Part shown: one piece after another, positions 55,456 through 64,000 of the stretch
How the letters are laid out: every line of letters starts with the position of its first letter
Numbering within the stretch: the first letter of the stretch is position 1
Source: Eledone cirrhosa
Lineage: Eukaryota
Length of the DNA stretch: 64,000 nucleotides
Direction: 5' to 3'
Assembly (NCBI GenBank): GCA_964016885.1
Contig: OZ024741.1
Location: 341,682,001 to 341,746,000 of the forward strand
The notes under the pieces: generated by a model
Told to the model about the DNA's origin: nothing
Databases searched by the model: none
The model's input: only the letters and a program-made list of their open reading frames with translations
Translations under genes and position numbers: made by a program

Positions 55456-58400
55456 AAGCCTTGATTAATGAATGATAGTAGCTATAGTGTTGATTAATGA
55501 GTGATAGTAGCTATAGCGTTGATTAAGGAGTGATAGTAGCCTTGATTAATGAATGATAGTAACTGTAGTCTTGATTAATGAGTGATAGTAGCTAGTGTTG
55601 ATTAAGGAGTGATAGTAACCTTGATTAATGACCGATAGTAACTGTAGTCTTGATTAATGAGTGATAGTAACTGTAGTCTTGATTAATGAGTGTTAGTAGC
55701 TATAGCGTTGATTAAGGAGTGATAGTAGCTATAGCATTGATTAATGAATAATAGTAACCCTGCTGTAGCCTTGATTAATGATTAATCATAGCTGTAGCCT
55801 TGATTAATGAATGATAGTAACTGTAGACTTGATTAATGAATGAAAGTAACTGTAGGCTTGATTAATGAATGATAGTAACTCTAGCCTTGACTAATGAATG
55901 ATAGTAACTGTAGCCTTGACTAATCAATGATAGTAACTGTAGCCTTGACTAATCAATGATAGTAACTGTAGCCTTGACTAATGAATGATAGTAACTGTAG
56001 CCTTGACTAATCAATGATAGTAACTGTAGCCTTGACTAATCAATGATAGTAACTGTAGCCTTGACTAATCAATGGTAGTAACTGTAGCCTTGACTAATGA
56101 ATGATAGTAACTGTAGGCTTGATTAATGAATGATAGTAACTGTAGGCTTGATTAATGAATGATAGTAACTCTAACCTTGATTAATGAATGATAGTAACTG
56201 TAGGCTTGATTAATGAATGATAGTAACTGTAGCCTTGACTAATCAATGATAGTAACTGTAGCCTTGTCTAATGAATGATAGTAACTGTAGGCTTGATTAA
56301 TGAATGATAGTAACTGTAGCCTTGACTAATGAATGATAGTAACTCTAGCCTTGATTAATGAATGATAGTAACTGTAGGCTTGATTAATGAATGATAGTAA
56401 CTCTAGCCTTGATTATGAATGATAGTAACTGTAGGCTTGATTAATGAATGATAGTAACTGTAGGCTTGATTAATGAATGATAGTAACTGTAGGCTTGATT
56501 AATGAATGATAGTAACTGTAGCCTTGACTGATGAATGATAGTAACTGTAGCCTTGACTAATCAATGATAGTAACTGTAGCCTTGACTAATCAATGATAGT
56601 AACTGTAGCCTTGACTAATCAATGATAGTAACTGTAGCCTTGACTAATCAATGATAGTAACTGTAGCCTTGACTAATCAATGATAGTAACTGTAGCCTTG
56701 ACTAATCAATGATAGTAACTGTAGCCTTGACTAATCAATGATAGTAACTGTAGCCTTGACTAATCAATGATAGTAACTGTAGCCTTGACTAATCAATGAT
56801 AGTAACTGTAGCCTTGACTAATCAATGATAATAACTGTAGGCTTGATTAATGAATGATAGTAACTGTAGCCTTGACTAATGAATGATAGTAACTGTAGCC
56901 TTGACTAATCAATGATAGTAACTGTAGCCTTGACTAATCAATGGTAGTAACTGTAGCCTTGACTAATGAATGATAGTAACTGTAGGCTTGACTAATCAAT
57001 GATAGTAACTGTAGCCTTGACTAATCAATGATAGTAACTGTAGCCTTGACTAATCAATGGTAGTAACTGTAGCCTTGACTAATGAATGATAGTAACTGTA
57101 GCCTTGACTAATCAATGATAGTAACTGTAGCCTTGACTAATCAATGGTAGTAACTGTAGCCTTGACTAATGAATGATAGTAACTGTAGCCTTGACTAATC
57201 AATGATAGTAACTGTAGCCTTGACTAATCAATGATAGTAACTGTAGCCTTGACTAATCAATGGTAGTAACTGTAGCCTTGACTAATGAATGATAGTAACT
57301 GTAGCCTTGACTAATCAATGATAGTAACTGTAGCCTTGACTAATCAATGGTAGTAACTGTAGCCTTGACTAATGAATGATAGTAACTGTAGCCTTGACTA
57401 ATCAATGATAGTAACTGTAGCCTTGACTAATCAATGATAGTAACTGTAGCCTTGACTAATCAATGGTAGTAACTGTAGCCTTGACTAATCAATGATAGTA
57501 ACTGTAACCTTGACTAATCAATGATAGTAACTGTAGCCTTGACTAATGAATGATAGTAACTGTAGCCTTGACTAATCAATGATAGTAACTGTAGGCTTGA
57601 TTAATGAATGATAGTAACTGTAGGCTTGACTAATGAATGATAGTAACTCTAGCCTTGACTAATCCATGATAGTAACTGTAGCCTTGACTAATGAATGATA
57701 GTAACTGTAGGCTTGATTAATGAATGATAGTAACTGTAGGCTTGATTAATGAATGATAGTAACTGTAGGCTTGATTAATGAATGATAGTAACTGTAGCCT
57801 TGACTAATCAATGATAGTAACTGTAGCCTTGACTAATCAATGATAGTAACTGTAGGCTTGATTAATGAATGATAGTAACTGTAGGCTTGATTAATGAATG
57901 ATAGTAACTGTAGCCTTGACTAATCAATGATAGTAACTGTAGCCTTGACTAATCAATGAAAGTAACTGTAGCCTTGACTAATCAATGGTAGTAACTGTAG
58001 CCTTGACTAATCAATGATAGTAACTGTAGGCTTGATTAATGAATGATAGTAACTGTAGGCTTGACTAATGAATGATAGTAACTCTAGCCTTGACTAATCA
58101 ATGATAGTAACTGTAGCCTTGACTAATCAATGATAGTAACTGTAGCCTTGACTAATGAATGATAGTAACTGTAGCCTTGACTAATGAATGATAGTAACTG
58201 TAGCCTTGACTAATGAATGAAAGTAACTGTAGCCTTGACTAATCAATGATAGTAACTGTAGCCTTGACTAATCAATGATAGTAACTGTAGCCTTGACTAA
58301 TCAATGATAGTAACTGTAGCCTTGACTAATCAATGAAAGTAACTGTAGCCTTGACTAATCAATGATAGTAACTGTAGCCTTGACTAATCAATGATAGTAA

Positions 58401-59073
58401 CTGTAGCCTTGACTAATGAATGATAGTAACTGTAGCCTTGACTAATCAATGATAGTAACTGTAGCCTTGACTAATGAATGATAGTAACTGTAGCCTTGAC
58501 TAATCAATGGTAGTAACTGTAGCCTTGACTAATGAATGATAGTAACTGTAGCCTTGACTAATGAATGATAGTAACTGTAGCCTTGACTAATCAATGGTAG
58601 TAACTGTAGCCTTGACTAATGAATGATAGTAACTGTAGCCTTGACTAATCAATGATAGTAACTGTAGCCTTGACTAATCAATGATAGTAACTGTAGCCTT
58701 GACTAATCAATGATAGTAACTGTAGCCTTGACTAATGAATGAAAGTAACTGTAGCCTTGACTAATCAATGGTAGTAACTGTAGCCTTGACTAATCAATGG
58801 TAGTAACTGTAGCCTTGACTAATGAATGGTAGTAACTGTAGCCTTGACTAATCAATGATAGTAACTGTAGCCTTGACTAATCAATGATAGTAACTGTAGC
58901 CTTGACTAATCAATGATAGTAACTGTAGCCTTGACTAATCAATGATAGTAACTGTAGCCTTGACTAATCAATGATAGTAACTGTAGCCTTGACTAATCAA
59001 TGATAGTAACTGTAGCCTTGACTAATCAATGATAGTAACTGTAGCCTTGACTAATCAATGATAGTAACTGTAG
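55456..59073. repeat. 29-bp minisatellite (GTAGCCTTGACTAATCAATGATAGTAACT), about 125 copies
   Basis: Read directly; the left end is degenerate and the right end homogeneous. Confidence 0.97.
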
Positions 59074-59287
59074 AAACAATGCTCAAATGAAATGTATGAG
59101 CAAGATTTGTCAAATCTCACAAAGTCACAATCAGTTTGACCCATGACAGCATGGAAAAGGGACATAAAACAATGACAATGATGTTTTATATATATAGATA
59201 TAAACAAGAAGTGTAAGTCAACAGGTTAAAATTAATTTTGTTTAATCATATTCGCCAACCAACACATACTCAAATTTATGTGTGTGT

Positions 59288-59403
<116 letters not shown>

Positions 59404-60082
59404 ATACTGGCATTAGGAAGGATGTCCAGCCATAATACCCATGCCAAAATATGGAACGTATAAGCATGTGGTTATCCAGTTAGCCTTGTTTTACGCTGTA
59501 ATGACTTGGCTAATCAATGCCAACAGAGCATGTGCATGCACAGCAAAGCTTATAGATGATGATTGTTGGGTGAAGAAGTACCAAGAGATTTCAGTGGAAG
59601 GAAACTGCAATATAGGAAAACTGAAGAAGACTTATGCAGAAATGGTGAGAGCTGATCTCAAAACACTGAGCCACACAAAGGAGATAAAGGAATACAATGA
59701 GTGGTGGGAAGATGTTTAATAATTAAACTATGTAAATAGACCTATTGGTTAAACTTATACATGCAAGTTTATTTATAAACTTATCAGTCAGTGATGTTAT
59801 TCAACACTTTGCTTCTAAAGATACCTACCAGCATAAAGATCAATGCCTTATCTTCACCCTAGGTGAAGATAAGGCATGTACTTCCATAGCAATATATAGG
59901 ATACAGGTATGATAAGTGTTGATCAGAAAGGATCTGTTGTGCAGACAGACATATCACACACAGACCAAGGAAGGTAGATGATATTAAACACTGATTAATA
60001 TAATGACAGGTGTAGGAGGTGCGGGTTATAGGATCTAGATTATGATGGTGATGATGGTAATAATGGTGATGATAATAATAAT

Positions 60083-60270
60083 TGTTTCTACTTTTGGCAC
60101 AAGGCCAGCAATTACCCAGTGTATTACTGGTACTTTATTTTATCGACCCCATAAGGATGAAAGGCAAAGTTAACCTCGGCGGGATTTGAACTCAGAATGG
60201 CAAGGACCGTAACTCTATGCGTCAAAGCATGGCGTCCGACCCTCTACCGATACTGCCAATCCACCGCCCT
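60083..60270 (-). mobile_element. tRNA-derived SINE, family B
   Basis: Head GGGCGGTGGATTGGCAGTATCGGTAGAG...GAGTTCAAATCCC on the minus strand, plus core. Confidence 0.87.
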
Positions 60271-61034
60271 TGTGGTGATAATAATAATGATGATGATGAG
60301 AAGGATGATGCTCATGATAATGTTCTGATAATAACATAATAACAATGATGATTATGAGGTGGAGGAAGAGGAGGGGGGGTCATGATGATGATAGTGATGA
60401 TGCTCATGATAACAAAATGATGATGATGACAATGTTGATGATATATGATGAAGAATGATAATGATGATGATTGCAACAATATCTGCTATATGAGTGATGT
60501 AACATTATTTACCCAAGCACATCTCCAGTCAACAATGAAATGTGATTACAAATACACACACACATACACATGCACACACACACACACACACACACTCACT
60601 TACATACAAACACACATACAGGCAAATATATACACAAACACAGATGCACACAGATATATGCATATACACATTCACATATGAACTCACGCACATACACACA
60701 AACACACATGCATACCCACATACAGGCAGACACATACACAAATACACACACACACAGACACAGAGAAGACCAGTCAACTGAAATAGTGAGTAACTATTGT
60801 GGAAAGTTCTGACTACAATTATGATGCTACTGGGGGTAAAGGAGTAGTAGGGTGACTGGGGTGGTTGCGTTTTAAACTAGTTTGAACTGGAACTATGTGG
60901 GGAGTGGTAGATTGGCTTGGTGGCTGGGTGATTAGAGTGGGTGAATTATAAACCAGTTGGAACTAAAACTATGTGTGGTGGCTGGGTGACTGGGGTGGGC
61001 TGAGATTAGAGGAAGAGGGAATCAATGTTTAGAA

Positions 61035-61323
61035 CAGTCGTGGGCAACTTGCGGCCCACAAAGCTTCCTGAATAACTCGCCTAAGTCACCTAAGTGAAAT
61101 CTTTCTGATTATTTTACCCCAACTTTCCAGTCGTAATTTATCTTTCTATCATTTTTATGATCGAGGAAAACAACGTGTACGAATTCTGAAGAAACAAATC
61201 AAAGCAACCTGAGTTACCGCCCTTTTTTTATGTGAGCACGAATGTAAATTAGCGCTTGTGGTCCGCCTGATGAAGAGCCATATCTCATGCGGTCCATTTC
61301 TCGAAAAAAGTTGCCCATGCTTG
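61035..61323. mobile_element. hAT-type MITE
   Basis: Imperfect TIRs CAGTCGTGGGCAAC / GTTGCCCATGCTTG; perfect 8-bp TSD GTTTAGAA. Confidence 0.8.
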
Positions 61324-61347
61324 GTTTAGAATGTTATTAATTTTCAA

Positions 61348-61666
61348 CGGTGATTCCTAAACTGGGAGAGGGATTGGGAACTCCTGGGGTCCACAAAGGT
61401 AGAACTAGGGTCTGGGGACACTTGCATATCCATAAAAGTAGAAATAGGTTGTCTGTGAGCTAAGTTCAAAATTTCAAGTATTTTGTTATAAACATAATAA
61501 ACATACACTACTGGGTGTCCATTCGTCTCTAAGTGTAAACATTTCTCTCCTTCAGTTGTTATCATCACTGTATAACAATTTGAGAAGGGAATAATTGTAG
61601 CAGGGTCATAGGAAAGTTTATTCATATAAAAGGGGTTCTTGGTAGTGAGACAGATTGGAACCACTG
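61348..61666. mobile_element. Possible old hAT/Charlie-type MITE
   Basis: Degenerate ends CGGTGATTCCTAA / TTGGAACCACTG. Confidence 0.4.
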
Positions 61667-63877
61667 GTCTAAAGTTACATGACAGTGTTCTAGCTTATGT
61701 AACAATGAAGTGTGGTGGTGGTGGTGGTGGTGGTGATGGTGGTGGTAGCAGTGATGGTGGCAGAAGCAGCGGTAGTGTTGATGGTGGCAGTGGTGAGGGA
61801 GAGTGGAGGAGGTGTCAGTGAGCATGCTGGTCAGTCATACAGAACACATACAATTTAACTGCAACACCAATCACAGTTAAGTTACTACTACCATCATCAA
61901 CACAACCAGTGTCATACCACCATCACCACCTATAGTATCACCATCAAAAATACTACCACCATCATTACCACAACCAACAGCTTCAACATGGTGGTAGTGA
62001 TGATGAGGTTGATATCAGTGGTGGTGGTGGTGGTAATGCTGGTAGTGGTAGTGGTAACAATGATGGTGATGTTTACAATCTGGCTATAAGACCAAATCAG
62101 TCAAAACAGCAAAATACTCAAATGTATAGACACCACCAACAACAATACCAACAAGAAGAACAACAACAAGCACCAACAACAACAACATCAACCAACAAAA
62201 TCAACCACCACCACCAACAACAACATCAACCAACAACAACCACCATCATCAACAACAACAAAAACAACAACCACCAACATCAATAACAACAACATCAACG
62301 AACAACAACAACCAACAACAACACCAACATCAACCACCAACACCATCAACAACAACATCAACAGCAGCAACCAACAGCAACCATTAACAACAACAACAAC
62401 ATCAGCAGCAACCAATAACACCAACAACAATCAATAACAACAACCACCACCAAAACCAACAACAACCCAATTATTTTTTACAGATTTTCTTGACATCAAG
62501 TGGACAAAGATAAAAATGAAAATGTCAGACGATAGAACAAGAGAAAATAGCATTAATAATAATGAAAATAATTAATTAGTAGCTCTAACATGCTATCTTG
62601 AAGATAGCAGTGAAATAGTTTTCTGCATATAGCAATTATTTAATGTATATTTTTGCATGAGAGTAAGAGAAGTGTAAATGGTGAAATACCTGAAGTGGGT
62701 TAAAGGAGAGTAGAAAGTTTAAGAATCACTAATGTACATTACATTTCATTGGCTTGGAACATTTATGGTAATTGTTTCGTCCCAGGTCGGCTATGACTTT
62801 AGCAGACTTATGATGAAAACATTCAAGCTATGACTTATTTTTTTACATATCAGTGACTTGATTCTTTTATCCCATGTTTACACAGACACAGTGTATTGAG
62901 GATTACATTAGCCAATGTGTCCGCTTTCTTAAATATGGGTAGGAACACGGTGCTTTTTTTCTAATAAATGTTACTTTATGGGCTTGTTAAGACTAAATTT
63001 TTAATAGGGAAGAAGACAAGTCTATCTGAGAAGTGGCTATATTTGATGTGTAGAAAAAGAGTAAGTATAACTTCTGTACAGTGTAACCAACATAAATTTT
63101 GGATGCATAAGATGTTTAGTGCAATCACAAACAAACTGAAATAGAAAAAGGAGTTTGTATAAAGCAGATGTACAGGAATAAGAAGAGCAATGAAATAAAT
63201 TCTTGCCAATACTGAGAAGGTTCTATAGTAGTTGATGGCTTATGTTGTCTTGATGAGCTGCAAAACAAACTTAACCACTAAGCCACAAACTTTCATAATC
63301 AAAACAACTATACATCCATAAATATACAGCAGATTTTTCCTGTTTACTCTATAATTCCCATAATAATATATTTACTATGTAGTTGCAATTTATTCAACAC
63401 TATCAAATATTTATTTTTTTCAATAATTGAACTTCAACTTATATTGAATGTTCCATTCTAACAATATCCTGAAACTTCACTGATATATTTATTGATCAAT
63501 GTTAACATTTCCTATCTTTAAAATGATTATTTTATTTTATTTTGAATATTGAAAATAATGTTAAATAATTTCATTTCAAACAGTAAATGTATGTATTAAT
63601 GTATGTGTCTGTAGTGGCCGACAGCAACAACACAAACCAGCCAATGAAAGGTTGTACTGCCACCATTCATCCATTTTGCTTTTCCAACATGAAAAACCCT
63701 AGTGTTCCTACATGTCATCTCCCAGATAAGGGTCTTACCATCATGGAATGAAAAGATTGTAATGCCACCCATCTGGCCTTTTGCTTTCTCTTCAGTCTAA
63801 CCCCACTGGTTCTGACTGTAATGGGAAGCCATTAATGATCTCATGGGATCTCAGGCAAAGAGTTACAGCCCTTTCCA

Positions 63878-63992
63878 TTCTGAGTTCAAATCCCGCCGAG
63901 GTTAACTTTGCCTTTCATCCTTACGGGGTCGATAAAATAAAGTACCAGTAATACACTGGGTAATTTCTGGCCTTGTGCCAAAAGTAGAAACA
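63878..63992 (+). mobile_element. SINE family B, 5'-partial
   Basis: Reverse complement of 60083-60198. Confidence 0.85.
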
Positions 63993-64000
63993 ATTAATGA

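Noticed and set aside
55456-59073. CRISPR-like 29-bp periodicity
   Set aside because: No unique spacers, no cas genes and a eukaryotic context; it is a plain minisatellite.
61267-61306. CTGATGA...GAAA within the hAT MITE
   Set aside because: No stem I/III or cleavage triplet; chance match.

Overview
AT-rich, microsatellite-dense animal genomic DNA; the SINE/LINE content suggests a cephalopod such as Octopus, which is an inference only. The one intact host gene is an intronless class A GPCR (38024-38968, minus strand). The rest is mobile DNA and simple repeats. The main signal lies at about 28-41.5 kb, where at least four unrelated non-coding repeat families each carry a minimal type I hammerhead ribozyme (HHR) with a palindromic stem III. 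They are a 466-bp array arranged as a head-to-head palindrome (5 HHRs), a near-identical 310-bp array (5 HHRs), an AT-rich family (3 HHRs) and a 1.5-kb direct-repeat-bounded element (1 HHR-like motif). All sit in (TA)n tracts around a decayed Penelope-like element (RT + GIY-YIG), which fits PLE-mobilised retrozymes (circular RNA replicons). A second system is a set of six Tx1-like (L1 clade) LINE copies or fragments, all in one orientation and all joined to (GATA)n, which suggests microsatellite-specific targeting. Also present are a non-autonomous Helitron, an R4/Dong-type RLE remnant, RTE remnants, tRNA-derived SINEs, MITEs and a 3.6-kb 29-bp minisatellite. All structures were folded by eye and no database searches were run.
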